Source of the DNA: an uncultured Coxiellaceae bacterium | GTDB lineage: Bacteria; Myxococcota_A; Polyangia; Polyangiales; Houyiibacteriaceae | Length of the DNA stretch: 62,228 nucleotides | Assembly: GCA_964194675.1 (NCBI GenBank) | Contig: CAXMND010000131.1 | Coordinates: forward strand, 1-62,228 | Reading direction: 5' to 3' | In this document: positions 53,343-62,228 of the stretch, one piece after another | Layout: every line of letters begins with the position of its first letter | How positions within the stretch are numbered: position 1 is the first letter of the stretch | Notes under the pieces: model-generated | Database searches by the model: none | Seen by the model: the letters and a program-made list of their open reading frames with translations, nothing else | What the model was told of the DNA's origin: nothing | Made by a program: the position numbers and the translations under genes

Positions 53343-54563
53343 CTAACCGTTTGCCATCGCTGCGCGCGTTTCCTCGAGATTCTTGAGGCCGGGGCGCGGG
53401 GCGCCGACCAAGCACGAGACCGTCCCGTGAAGCTTGTTCTCGTACATGAGCTGATGTGCTTCAGGGATTTGTTCCCACGTGAACAGTCGCGTCATGACGG
53501 GCTTGATCTTGTCTTGAATCACCAGGCGGTTGGCGCGGCTTGCTGAATCCGCGTCCGCGAAATGAGAACCGATGATTCTTTTTTGGCGCATCCACAGGTG
53601 GCGCACGTCGAAGTTGAGGTTGTAGCCGGTGGTGGCGCCGCAGATCACGATGCGCCCGTACTTCGCAGCGAGGAAAACACTTGCCGGGAACGTTGCCTTG
53701 CCGACGTGCTCGAACACGACATCCGGGCCTTTGCGTTCTCCGAGGACTTCCCAGATGCGCTTTCCAAACGCCTTGATGGCGCCAGCGTGTGCCTTCTCCT
53801 CTTCGGCGGTCATTCCGTCCCGGTACTGAAGGGCGGGGAACTCTTTTCGATTGATGACGCCCTTTGCGCCGAGCTGCATGACGAGCTCGGCCTTGTCGTC
53901 ACTCGAGACGACCGCGATCGCGCGTGCTCCAGCTACCTTGCACAACTGAACCGCGAACACGCCGAGGCCACCACCGGCGCCCCAAACCAAGACGTCTTCG
54001 CCTGGCTCGATCTCGGCGCGGTCGATCAGCATCCGGTGCGCGGTGTAGTAGACCAGGCCATAGCTTGCGGCCTCTTCCCAGCTCAGGTGAGGCGGTTTCG
54101 GAAGAACCTGCTGAGCTTGCACCTTGCCAAACTGCGCGAACGATCCGTCCGGGGTCTCGTAGCCCCAGATGGTCTGAAGGTCGTTGGTGCCCGGGTTGAC
54201 CAAGTGGTTGCAGTGAAGAACGACCTCGTCGCCGACCTCGTGATCGGTCACTGCCGAGCCGACTGCCCACACGACACCCGCTGCATCCGAGCCTGCGATG
54301 TGAAAGTCGAGCCCATGACCCTTCAAGACGTTGACCGGCTTTCCGAGACCCGCCCAGACACCGTTGAAGTTTACGCCTGCGGCCATTACCTGCACGAGGA
54401 CCTCGTCAGGGCCAAGCCTCCACACGGGGACGTCTTCCTCTTGGAACGATTGCTTGGGCTCGCCGAACCGTTCGGGGCGGATCACGTAGGCGTGCATTTT
54501 TTCGGGCACGACACCTAGCTCCGGGAGTTGACCGATGGGTACGATTTCAGGGCGTTCACTCAT
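53343..54563 (-). CDS. ccr: crotonyl-CoA carboxylase/reductase
   Basis: Collinear with Streptomyces Ccr as I recall it: VMAAGVNFNGVW, HIAGSDAAGVVWAVG, IWGYETPDGSFAQF, LSWEEAAS, FGKRIWEVLG..DVVFEHVG and LWMRQKRIIGSHFA. Confidence 0.85.
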   Translation of the reverse strand: MSERPEIVPIGQLPELGVVPEKMHAYVIRPERFGEPKQSFQEEDVPVWRLGPDEVLVQVMAAGVNFNGVWAGLGKPVNVLKGHGLDFHIAGSDAAGVVWAVGSAVTDHEVGDEVVLHCNHLVNPGTNDLQTIWGYETPDGSFAQFGKVQAQQVLPKPPHLSWEEAASYGLVYYTAHRMLIDRAEIEPGEDVLVWGAGGGLGVFAVQLCKVAGARAIAVVSSDDKAELVMQLGAKGVINRKEFPALQYRDGMTAEEEKAHAGAIKAFGKRIWEVLGERKGPDVVFEHVGKATFPASVFLAAKYGRIVICGATTGYNLNFDVRHLWMRQKRIIGSHFADADSASRANRLVIQDKIKPVMTRLFTWEQIPEAHQLMYENKLHGTVSCLVGAPRPGLKNLEETRAAMANG

Positions 54564-54570
54564 GTTTTCC

Positions 54571-55578
54571 TCAATTGGTCTGGCGGAGCGTTGCTACATA
54601 CTCTCGGCTCAGACGTTCGCAAAGGCTCAACGGGGTCTCGCCCTCGTCGAGCTCTCGTTCGGCGCGGCCTGTGAGCTCCGCCAAACCGTGTAGGGTCGAG
54701 ACCCCATGTTCACCGTGCTTGCGCATGAAAAGGTCTACCGCCCATCGCACTTCGCCTTGACGCCGGCGCGTCGCGAGCGTGGGCTCGAGGTGTTTTTGAT
54801 GAGCATCGAGCGCGTCGATGAGCTCTTCAATTCCTGTGCCTTTCGTCGAGCTCGTCGCGATGATCGGGGTTTCCCAACCGCCGTCTTCTCGACCTGTCGC
54901 CCCGACCGCGTGCGCAGTGCTAAGAGCGCCCTGGAGGTCGGCGACCGCGCGTCGGGCAAGCTGGTCGTGGTCGGCCTTGTTTACAACAAGTATATCTGGG
55001 ATTTCCATGATCCCGGCCTTGAGAAACTGAAGCACATCACCGCTTCCCGGCTGAATGACCAACACGACCGTGTCCGCGACGTACACGACGTCGATCTCGG
55101 ATTGGCCGACGCCGGTCGTTTCGATCATGACCATGTCGTAGGCCGCCGCGAGTACGCGGATGGCAGAGTTGGCGGCATATGCCAGGCCGCCAACTACCCC
55201 GGCGGTAGCGAGCGAGCGCACGAACAAGCCCTCGTCCGTGGGATCGAAGCTCATCCGCGCACGATCCCCGAGCAACGAGCCGCCCGACTGGATGCTCGAA
55301 GGATCGACCGCGACCACCCCTACCGTGCGGCCACGTTCGCGGACCGCACGTGCAACGGCCGAGGTGAGGGTACTCTTGCCTACTCCGGGCGGTCCAGTGA
55401 GCCCGACCCGGTGCCCCCCGAGGGCTTTCGGCGCGCCCTTGAGTGAGGCCAGCAGTTCGGCAACTCGATCGTGCGCGTCGGCCCTCTTGTCTTCGACGAG
55501 GTTCAACGCGCGGGAAACCGCGGCCTTGTTGGCGGCCATCACTCGGTCGGCGTCATCCACGGGATCACTCGGCGGCAT
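54571..55578 (-). CDS. meaB: methylmalonyl-CoA mutase-associated GTPase MeaB (ArgK family)
   Basis: GLTGPPGVGKSTL (P-loop), IETTGVGQSE and VVNKADH. Confidence 0.85.
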   Translation of the reverse strand: MPPSDPVDDADRVMAANKAAVSRALNLVEDKRADAHDRVAELLASLKGAPKALGGHRVGLTGPPGVGKSTLTSAVARAVRERGRTVGVVAVDPSSIQSGGSLLGDRARMSFDPTDEGLFVRSLATAGVVGGLAYAANSAIRVLAAAYDMVMIETTGVGQSEIDVVYVADTVVLVIQPGSGDVLQFLKAGIMEIPDILVVNKADHDQLARRAVADLQGALSTAHAVGATGREDGGWETPIIATSSTKGTGIEELIDALDAHQKHLEPTLATRRRQGEVRWAVDLFMRKHGEHGVSTLHGLAELTGRAERELDEGETPLSLCERLSREYVATLRQTN

Positions 55579-57571
55579 GCTGCCGGTCCACCAGATCGAT
55601 CAAGTCGCTCATGATGTGATCGAACTCGAAGTCTTTCGGGGTGTAGACCGCGGCCACTCCGTCGCGGCGCAGCCTTTCGGCGTCGGCGTCGGGGATGATT
55701 CCGCCGACCACGACAGGGATGTCCGACAGGCCCGCCTCTCGCAGACGCTCGACCACTTCCGGCACGAGGGCGAGGTGAGAGCCGCTCAGGATGCTCAGAC
55801 CGATGAGATGCACTCCTTCTTCGAGGGCCGAGGCGACTATCTGTCCGGGCGAAACCCGAATGCCCTCGTAGACGACGTCGAACCCGACGTCGCGTGCCTT
55901 GATGGCGATTTGCTCGGCGCCATTCGAGTGCCCATCGAGGCCAGGTTTGCCCACCAGCAATTTCGGCCGACGTCCCATGCGGACTTCGAGCTCGCCGAGC
56001 CGCTTTCGCAGTCGATCGACGACCTCGGCGGCGACTCCGGAGCCAGAGGCTTTCACCGTCGCGCCTGCGACGCCTGTCGGTGCTCGATACTCGCCCCAAA
56101 CGGCGCGAAGAGTGTGCGCCCATTCGCCGGTCGTCACACCAGCATGGGCTGCCGCGATCGAAGCCGGCATGATGTTCTCGTCCGAACGAGCTACGCGCTG
56201 GAGCTCGGTGATGGCGCTTTCAACTGCGGACGTATCGCGCTCCGCCTTCCAGCGACCAAGCGCTGCGATCTGTTTTTCCTCGATGCCAGGATCGACCGTC
56301 AGGATCGCGTCATCGAGATTCTCGACGAGAGGCGAAGAGGCCCCCTCGATGTATTTGTTGACCCCCACGACCACCTGTTCGCCGCTTTCGATCGCACGAA
56401 GCCGGGCCGCGTTGGACTCCACCAGTTTCTGCTTGATGTAGCCGCTTTCGACTGCCTCGACGGCGCCGCCCCGCTTTAGGACTTCTTGCACCTCTGTCCA
56501 AGCAGACTCGACCAGACGCTCGGTCTCTGCGGCGACGATCTCGCTCCCTTTGAAGAGGTCCGCGTACTCCAAGAGGTCGCTTTCGTAACAGAGGATTTGT
56601 TGAGCCCGCAACGACCACTGCTGATCCCAAGGTCGTGGAAGACCGAGCGCTTCGTTCCATGCGGGGAGCTGGACCGCGCGTGCTCGTGCGTCCTTGCTGA
56701 GCGTCACCGCAAGCATCTCGAGGACAATTCGAATGATGTTGTTCTCGGGTTGCTGCTCGGTGAGCCCGAGAGAGTTTACCTGAACTCCGTAGCGGAAGCG
56801 ACGCAGCTTGGGATCGGTGACGCCATAGCGTTCTTGGGTCACCCGGTCCCAGAGCTCGACGAACGCTCGCATCTTGCACATTTCTTCGACGAATCGAATC
56901 CCCGCATTGACGAAGAAGCTCATGCGTCCGACGACCTTGCCGAATTCGCTGTCGGGAATGCGACCGGTAGCTTTGACCGCATCGAGCACACCGATCGCCG
57001 TCACCAAGGCGTACGCGAGCTCTTGCGTGGGCGTCGCGCCGGCCTCTTGCAGGTGGTAGCTACAGATGTTGATCGGGTTCCACTTCGGCACCTCGATCAC
57101 GGCGTAGGTAATCAGATCACTGATCAGCCTCATCGACACCGCCGGCGGGAAGATGTGCGTGCCACGGGACAGATACTCTTTGATGATGTCGTTTTGGGTC
57201 GTACCGCGAAGCGCAGCTCGATCGGCGTTCTGATCGTCCGCGACCGCGACGTACAGCGATAACAACCAGGCGGCGGTCGCGTTGATCGTCATCGACGTGT
57301 TCATCTGCTCGAGCGGCAGGCCTTCGAAGAGGGCACGCATGTCTCCGAGGTGGGAGATCGGCACGCCAACTTTGCCGACTTCGCCACGAGCAAGCGGGTC
57401 GTCCGCGTCGTAACCGGTTTGCGTGGGGAGGTCGAAAGCGACGCTGAGGCCAGTCTGGCCCTTGGCGAGGTTCGTTCGGTAGAGCTCGTTCGACGCCGCC
57501 GCGGTGCTGTGGCCGGCGTAGGTCCGCATTATCCACGGTTTGTCGCGTTCACGCCTGCCGCTCGGAGCCAT
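55565..57571 (-). CDS. ecm: B12-dependent acyl-CoA mutase, fused catalytic and B12-binding domains; probable ethylmalonyl-CoA mutase
   Basis: KPWIMRTYAGHSTAAASNELYRTNLAKGQTGLSVAFDLPTQTGYD and TSMTINATAAW are MeaA/Ecm-like rather than Mcm-like. The C-terminal cobalamin domain carries GLDGHSNGAEQIA. ccr and meaB are adjacent. Confidence 0.75.
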   Translation of the reverse strand: MAPSGRRERDKPWIMRTYAGHSTAAASNELYRTNLAKGQTGLSVAFDLPTQTGYDADDPLARGEVGKVGVPISHLGDMRALFEGLPLEQMNTSMTINATAAWLLSLYVAVADDQNADRAALRGTTQNDIIKEYLSRGTHIFPPAVSMRLISDLITYAVIEVPKWNPINICSYHLQEAGATPTQELAYALVTAIGVLDAVKATGRIPDSEFGKVVGRMSFFVNAGIRFVEEMCKMRAFVELWDRVTQERYGVTDPKLRRFRYGVQVNSLGLTEQQPENNIIRIVLEMLAVTLSKDARARAVQLPAWNEALGLPRPWDQQWSLRAQQILCYESDLLEYADLFKGSEIVAAETERLVESAWTEVQEVLKRGGAVEAVESGYIKQKLVESNAARLRAIESGEQVVVGVNKYIEGASSPLVENLDDAILTVDPGIEEKQIAALGRWKAERDTSAVESAITELQRVARSDENIMPASIAAAHAGVTTGEWAHTLRAVWGEYRAPTGVAGATVKASGSGVAAEVVDRLRKRLGELEVRMGRRPKLLVGKPGLDGHSNGAEQIAIKARDVGFDVVYEGIRVSPGQIVASALEEGVHLIGLSILSGSHLALVPEVVERLREAGLSDIPVVVGGIIPDADAERLRRDGVAAVYTPKDFEFDHIMSDLIDLVDRQHAAE

Positions 57572-57746
57572 GCGCCGAATCCTTTCGTTCCTGGCCGTTG
57601 CGGTGCTTTTTTACAGCTTCACACAGCCAAGCCCGGCCTTTGTTGAATTATCACACCGCATGCGGGGGTCAAGCTGCTGAGATACCAGAGTTTTCAGTGT
57701 TTCAGGCGTCCTGGCGGCTTCTGTAAATTCGCGGTAAAGGCTGTGG

Positions 57747-59252
57747 ATGGCGGCAACAAACGCTGGCATGGGGCAGCGATTGCGCGAGCTTCGGCTGCGT
57801 CGGGGGCTCCAGCAAAGCGAGGTTGCCCGGCGCCTCGAGATCTCGCCCGCCTACCTCAGCTTGATCGAAAAAGGAAGGCGGGTGGTCCAGCTCCCGCTCC
57901 TTTTCCAAGCGCTCGAGCTCTACGGGATCCCCGTCGAAGATTTCATGAGCAGTCTCGGCGAGCGTCCAGTCGACGACGGGTTGGCTCGGCTTCTCGACGA
58001 ACCCTTGCTTCGTTCGCTCAACCTCAGTGAGGAGGACCTCGCCAGCATCAGTGCGGAGCCCCGCATGGTGGCAACCATTACGGTGCTCTTCAATCTCTAC
58101 AAGAACAGCCGCAGTCAGTTGGATCACGTCATGGCGAGCATGGCTCAGCGGGAACGGCAGGCCGGCGAGGACGACGTTCGATTCGACTACAGCCCGTACG
58201 ATGAGGTGACCGACTTCCTCGAGCAGAACCACAACTGGTTCGAAGCCCTAGAGGAACGTGCACAACAGTTTCGCCGAGACTCCACCTTCGGGCGCCGGGT
58301 AACCAGTGACGATCTCGAGCGGGGGCTGCGGGAACAACTAGGGGTGCGCGTGCAACGAACATCGGAGCGAGCGAACAGCTCCGTGATTCGCAGATGGAAC
58401 GCGGAGGAGCGGGTGCTGACGGTGTCGAGCGACCTTTTTGAGCAACGACTCAAGTTCCAGCTCGCTCACACGATCGCTCTCGGTCTCTTCGATGAGGAGA
58501 AACTCCACAAACCGATCTTGGAGGGGTACGCGGGTCAGCATGCAGAAACCCGAAGGCTGATCAAGATCCACCTCGCAAACTACTTCGCAGGCGCGCTTCT
58601 GTTGCCGTATCCGGAATTCTATCGCGAGGTGACGAGCACCAGGTACGACGTCGAGCTTCTGGCACAACTCTTCGAGTCATCCTATGAAACGGTCGCTCAC
58701 CGCATGTGCAACCTCGCCGACCCTCGCCGTCGCGGGGTGCCGATGCACTTCCTGAGAGTAGATGTCGCGGGAAACATTTCGAAGCGCTACTCCGGTGACG
58801 GAATACGTTTCGCGCACCAGGACGGTTCATGTCCCAAGATGGCCGTTCATCTCGCGTTCCTGACGCCCAATGTCATCACCAAGCAATACTCAGCGTTTCC
58901 CGATGGCTCGACCTATTTCTGTTTCGCGAAAGTCGTGAGCGAGCCCCAGCAGGGGTCCCTCGTGAAGGGTACGACCTACAGCATTGGCCTTGGAATCCAC
59001 GCGGATAACGCCAAGTTCTTCGCGTACGCCGACGATATGCCTTTTGCGGATCCAAAGAAGATGGCGGTGCCTGTTGGCACGACCTGCCGCTTCTGCGAGC
59101 GGACGGATTGCAACATGCGATCTGCGCCTAGCTACAAGTTCGCCTTCCGCGTCGACGAATACACCAAGAAGGACAACTTCTTTTCACCGCTCGTCAGCGG
59201 CGACCAGGACGTTGGCGAGCGAAAGCGCGGTCGCCGTAAGCCAACGGCGTGA
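57747..59252 (+). CDS. XRE-HTH / degenerate ImmA-IrrE / DUF2083 regulator (short-chain fatty acyl-CoA regulator, ScfR/RamB/PrpR family)
   Basis: N-terminal HTH LRELRLRRGLQQSEVARRLEISPAYLSLIEKGRR. The central LAHTIAL lacks HExxH. C-terminal Cys cluster SCPKMAVH...TTCRFCERTDCNMRSAP. Divergent from ecm. Confidence 0.75.
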   Translation: MAATNAGMGQRLRELRLRRGLQQSEVARRLEISPAYLSLIEKGRRVVQLPLLFQALELYGIPVEDFMSSLGERPVDDGLARLLDEPLLRSLNLSEEDLASISAEPRMVATITVLFNLYKNSRSQLDHVMASMAQRERQAGEDDVRFDYSPYDEVTDFLEQNHNWFEALEERAQQFRRDSTFGRRVTSDDLERGLREQLGVRVQRTSERANSSVIRRWNAEERVLTVSSDLFEQRLKFQLAHTIALGLFDEEKLHKPILEGYAGQHAETRRLIKIHLANYFAGALLLPYPEFYREVTSTRYDVELLAQLFESSYETVAHRMCNLADPRRRGVPMHFLRVDVAGNISKRYSGDGIRFAHQDGSCPKMAVHLAFLTPNVITKQYSAFPDGSTYFCFAKVVSEPQQGSLVKGTTYSIGLGIHADNAKFFAYADDMPFADPKKMAVPVGTTCRFCERTDCNMRSAPSYKFAFRVDEYTKKDNFFSPLVSGDQDVGERKRGRRKPTA

Positions 59253-59276
59253 TATGGTCCGCGCTAGGAGGTACGG

Positions 59277-59762
59277 ATGCCGTCGTTCGATGTCGTTTCA
59301 CAGATCGATCAGCATGAAGTCGACAACGCCTGCAATCAGGCCCGAAAGGAGATCGCGCAGCGGTACGACTTCAAAGGCACCGAGAGCTCGATCGAGCAAA
59401 CCGACGAGGGGATCGTCATTCGCGCGAACAGCGAGGGGCGGGTCGACGCTGCTCGCGACGTCCTCGAGAGTAAGATGGTGCGCCGCCAAGTCTCCCTGAA
59501 GTCCCTTGATGCCCAGAAGGCCCAGCAAGCAGGCGGTTCGATGTGGCGTCAGCTCGTCAAGCTCAAGGAAGGCGTCTCCAAGGAAAAGGCCAAAGAGATC
59601 GTCAAGGCCATCAAGGACAGTAAGGTCAAGGTCCAGGCGGCCATCCAGGGTGACATGGTTCGGGTATCGGGGAAGAAGCGCGACGACCTGCAGGACACGA
59701 TCGCTCTTTTGAAAGAGAAAGACTTCGATCTCCCGCTTCAATTCACGAACTTCCGCGACTGA
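59277..59762 (+). CDS. yajQ: YajQ family nucleotide (c-di-GMP)-binding protein
   Basis: MPSFDVVSQIDQHEVDNACNQARKEIAQRYDFKGT is the conserved UPF0234 N-terminus. AGGAGG lies upstream. Confidence 0.85.
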   Translation: MPSFDVVSQIDQHEVDNACNQARKEIAQRYDFKGTESSIEQTDEGIVIRANSEGRVDAARDVLESKMVRRQVSLKSLDAQKAQQAGGSMWRQLVKLKEGVSKEKAKEIVKAIKDSKVKVQAAIQGDMVRVSGKKRDDLQDTIALLKEKDFDLPLQFTNFRD

Positions 59763-59773
59763 GGTCATCTGCA

Positions 59774-60664
59774 TTGGCCGACGCACGAAAAGAACTTGTA
59801 ATCGGGTATCAGGGCACCGAGGGGGCGTACAGCCAACTTGCCGCGACTCGGCACTTCGCCGAGTCGCCGAAGCCGGTGCGCTACGAGGGCTTTCACGGCT
59901 TCCGCGAGATGCTCGAGGCTCTCGGGGACGGGAAGGTCGACTACGCGGTCTTGCCGATCGAGAATTCGATCGCCGGCTCGATTAACGAAAGCTACGACCT
60001 ACTCGCGCACATGGGTCTTTCGTTGGTCGGAGAAGAGTTTCAGCCGATCGCGCACTGCTTGATCGGCGCGGCCAAAGTTCCGGTGACCGACATTCGGCGA
60101 GTCTATTCTCACCCCGTCGCCCTGGCGCAGTGCGGCGAGTTTCTCGAAGGGCTCGAGGACTGTCACGTCGAAGCTTTCGTCGACACCGCGATGGCCGTCG
60201 AGAAGGTCAAAGCCGATGCCGATCCCTCACAAGCCGCCATCGCCAGCGAGCAGGCTGCGGTCCTTCACGGCCTTCCCATCCTGCGTCGGGACATCGCCGA
60301 CCACCCCGAGAACTACACCCGCATGGTCATCGTCGCCTCTGAGCCGGCGCACTACGGACCGGACGTATCCTGCAAGACCTCGCTGGTGTTCTCCACGATC
60401 CACGAGCAAGGTGCGCTCGCTCGTTGCATTTCGATCTTCGCCGAGAGAGGTTTGAACCTCACGAAAATCGAATCCCGCCCCAAGCCCGACTCTCCGTTCG
60501 AGTACATTTTTTACATGGACTTCGAGGGGAACATCGACGGCAGCGCGACACGAGATGCGCTAGAGGAGCTCCGCACCGTAACCACGTTTCTCACCGTTCT
60601 CGGCTCGTATCCGAGTCGAAAGCTTAGGAGTTTCAGCCATAGCGAGCCGCTGGGTCCTGAATGA
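59774..60664 (+). CDS. pheA: prephenate dehydratase with ACT domain
   Basis: IGYQGTEGAYSQLA, AVLPIENSIAGSI, TRMVIV and a C-terminal ACT domain with ESRP and YIFYMDFEG. TTG start. Confidence 0.85.
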   Translation: MADARKELVIGYQGTEGAYSQLAATRHFAESPKPVRYEGFHGFREMLEALGDGKVDYAVLPIENSIAGSINESYDLLAHMGLSLVGEEFQPIAHCLIGAAKVPVTDIRRVYSHPVALAQCGEFLEGLEDCHVEAFVDTAMAVEKVKADADPSQAAIASEQAAVLHGLPILRRDIADHPENYTRMVIVASEPAHYGPDVSCKTSLVFSTIHEQGALARCISIFAERGLNLTKIESRPKPDSPFEYIFYMDFEGNIDGSATRDALEELRTVTTFLTVLGSYPSRKLRSFSHSEPLGPE

Positions 60665-60704
60665 TGTCTTTGAAGGTCTTGGCGAGCTTGCCAAAACTGA
60701 ATCG

Positions 60705-62147
60705 TCAGAGGTCTTGCTGATCGTGATGCACCGTGGGATCGAGCAAACCCACAACGTCTTGTCGAAATCTGCCCATGCTGCGATACGTGCCGCGCAACCA
60801 GATCAAGAGCGTATGATCCTTCCACACCGGAATGACGGGGCGAAGGTTGTCGGTGGATGAGTTGAAAGTGATCGGCGTCCACTTCCAGCTCGCGCCGAGG
60901 TTGCCTGTTCGACCTTGAAAAATCTCCCAGTGGCGCCTGCCGTCGGCGCGGCTTACGAGGGGCTCGCCAGTGACTGGATCGGAATTTGCGGAGATGTAAA
61001 CCGTATTGGGATCGTTGGGGTCCAGAGCCGCCAGGCCGGTGTAGTTCTGCTCATGAACGTAGAGCTTCGTACCCGCATGGGCCATCTCGTGGACGTGCCA
61101 TCGCTCACCGTCGAAGCGGCCATAGTAGTAGCGATGATCGAGTCCATCCACGTTCTGTTTGATTCGCCGCGTGGGGGCCCCGTCCTTCTGAACTGAGAAC
61201 GCGATGTAGGGGTGGCCGCGTTCGTCGACGTCGATGTCCGTGGTCCACGCAACGTGCTCGGCATCGCCTTCGAAAACGCGCGTGAGATCCACCAGCTTGG
61301 CGCCGTTCTGGTCCAGCATATTGTCGTCCACGACCCGGCCAAAGCTATCGTGGACGGCGCCGTCGCGAATGAACCCGTGATAGATGCCGTTGTCATAGCC
61401 GCGCGGATGGTCCTCCGTCGTGATGAAGTGAATCGTGTCGATGCTGTTGGACTGATAGACGACGTACGGTTTCGCGATTTTGCTTCTCCCGGTGATTTTT
61501 ACTGGGTCGGCACCGAGCGCGGGTGTCAGCTCCCATTTGAGCAGTTGGCCCGAGGGTTGAAACCGCGACGCCGAAGCTGGCCCTATCATCACGTTCGGCT
61601 TGTGGCCCGCACCGCGGTAGAAGTTGTAAACCCGGTCGGGCTCGTGGGATAGAATGAACGTGTTGGAGTAGGTCACGGACGCACCGACGTCGGTCGTCCT
61701 TTCCGGTTCCCACTCGCTCACGTCGCGCGGGCGAGCAGACACGCGCCAGCGCATCAACCTGTCGGAGCCATGTTTGGTGTACATCGTTAGATACCGACCG
61801 TCGGGAAGGACCGCGATGGAAGGCGAGGCGTGGTCATCGCTCTGAAGGCGCTCGTGTGCCTTGAAGGTTTCCGACGTCCGGCTCTTGATGTCGAAGGCCG
61901 TCACTTCGATGTCGCCCCGCTGGCTGCCGGCGTAGTCGGCGCCAGCAACCGTACCGACCAATGCGTGGTCGCCGTCTACGATCGCACGCGGGCGCTGAAA
62001 CCAGCACCAGCCCCCGTTCTGCTTGATGGTCAGCAGCTCGCCGGCGACGAAACTCCGCTCTGATGAGCGTGACGGGCACCCAGCAATCGCAAGGAGGCCG
62101 GTGGTGACCAGAAGCAGGACGATTGACTGTCGCACGTATATCCCCAT
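60705..62147 (-). CDS. predicted beta-propeller lipoprotein (BNR-4 / sialidase-like repeat family)
   Basis: MGIYVRQSIVLLLVTTGLLAIAGC has a lipobox. Repeated strand-rich segments are present, with motifs such as YNFYRG and YISANSDP. Family assignment is by resemblance only. Confidence 0.5.
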   Translation of the reverse strand: MGIYVRQSIVLLLVTTGLLAIAGCPSRSSERSFVAGELLTIKQNGGWCWFQRPRAIVDGDHALVGTVAGADYAGSQRGDIEVTAFDIKSRTSETFKAHERLQSDDHASPSIAVLPDGRYLTMYTKHGSDRLMRWRVSARPRDVSEWEPERTTDVGASVTYSNTFILSHEPDRVYNFYRGAGHKPNVMIGPASASRFQPSGQLLKWELTPALGADPVKITGRSKIAKPYVVYQSNSIDTIHFITTEDHPRGYDNGIYHGFIRDGAVHDSFGRVVDDNMLDQNGAKLVDLTRVFEGDAEHVAWTTDIDVDERGHPYIAFSVQKDGAPTRRIKQNVDGLDHRYYYGRFDGERWHVHEMAHAGTKLYVHEQNYTGLAALDPNDPNTVYISANSDPVTGEPLVSRADGRRHWEIFQGRTGNLGASWKWTPITFNSSTDNLRPVIPVWKDHTLLIWLRGTYRSMGRFRQDVVGLLDPTVHHDQQDL

Positions 62148-62164
62148 CCATAACAGATCCAGTG

Positions 62165-62228
62165 CTACTTACCGCGTTCGAGATCATGCTGGTCGAGCTC
62201 GTAGAGGAAGGTCCGCAGATGTTCGCGC
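62165..62228 (-). CDS. 3' end of an unidentified gene (start lies outside the window)
   Basis: Minus-strand frame reads ...REHLRTFLYELDQHDLERGK* with the stop at 62167-62165. Too short to name. Confidence 0.3.
   Translation of the reverse strand, partial: REHLRTFLYELDQHDLERGK

Noticed and set aside
53562-56479. Plus-strand ORFs 53562..54518 (318 aa), 54706..55446 and 55160..56479 (439 aa)
   Set aside because: They are antisense to ccr, meaB and ecm, all of which carry strong family motifs. None of these ORFs has motifs of its own.
57592-57607. Sigma-54-like TGGCCGT-N4-GTGCT on the plus strand upstream of the ScfR regulator
   Set aside because: Only the GG/GC spacing and a few flanking bases match. 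It is much weaker than the 5184-5169 site and lies 140 nt from the start codon, so it is not reportable as a promoter.
1-62228. CRISPR arrays, IS elements, transposases, integrases, prophage or known defence genes
   Set aside because: I scanned both strands by eye. No regularly spaced repeats and no recognisable transposase, integrase or phage motifs were found.

Overview
High-GC bacterial chromosome segment, about 50 genes, mostly core housekeeping. Giant TPR proteins, a sigma-54 signal, an HTTM protein, several alkaline-phosphatase-superfamily envelope enzymes and ethylmalonyl-CoA genes suggest a myxobacterium-like deltaproteobacterium; this is inference only. Left to right: a truncated sulfatase-like gene; tmRNA (tag ANDNAVALAA); HTTM and DMT membrane proteins; sspB; an AT-rich non-coding island; a clpP-histidine phosphatase operon; argE-argA; a HelD-like helicase and a SWIM-SNF2 ATPase. 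Then ykgJ, a lipoprotein and a zinc-ribbon TPR protein; engB-murJ-hslO; NAD-type isocitrate dehydrogenase; an RND/MMPL transporter; rpsT; holA; a ClpA/ClpC-like unfoldase. An 11-12 kb operon follows (SDR, two paralogous giant TPR proteins, nadD, DUF2520), then a CaCA antiporter and a DUF938 methyltransferase. A 12-kb co-directional array joins ethylmalonyl-CoA genes (ecm-meaB-ccr-mcd) to envelope genes (GT-C glycosyltransferase, membrane sulfatase-like protein, patatin, rhodanese). The window ends with a divergent ScfR-type regulator, yajQ, pheA and a BNR-like lipoprotein. I saw no CRISPR, IS element, integrase, prophage or recognisable defence system. The best candidates for something undescribed are non-coding. 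(1) An orphan, near-consensus sigma-54 promoter at 5184-5169 (minus) would drive a ~145-nt terminator-bounded transcript whose three stem-loops all present C5-C6 loops, a candidate anti-Shine-Dalgarno sRNA. Three copies of a CAGATCTG-core palindrome lie upstream. (2) A 65-bp element is present twice in inverted orientation (54/65 identical), each copy at a convergent gene junction. One copy supplies the C-termini of both isocitrate dehydrogenase and the RND transporter, and the pair brackets a 6.8-kb block of essential genes. All functional calls rest on motif recognition by eye; no database search was possible.
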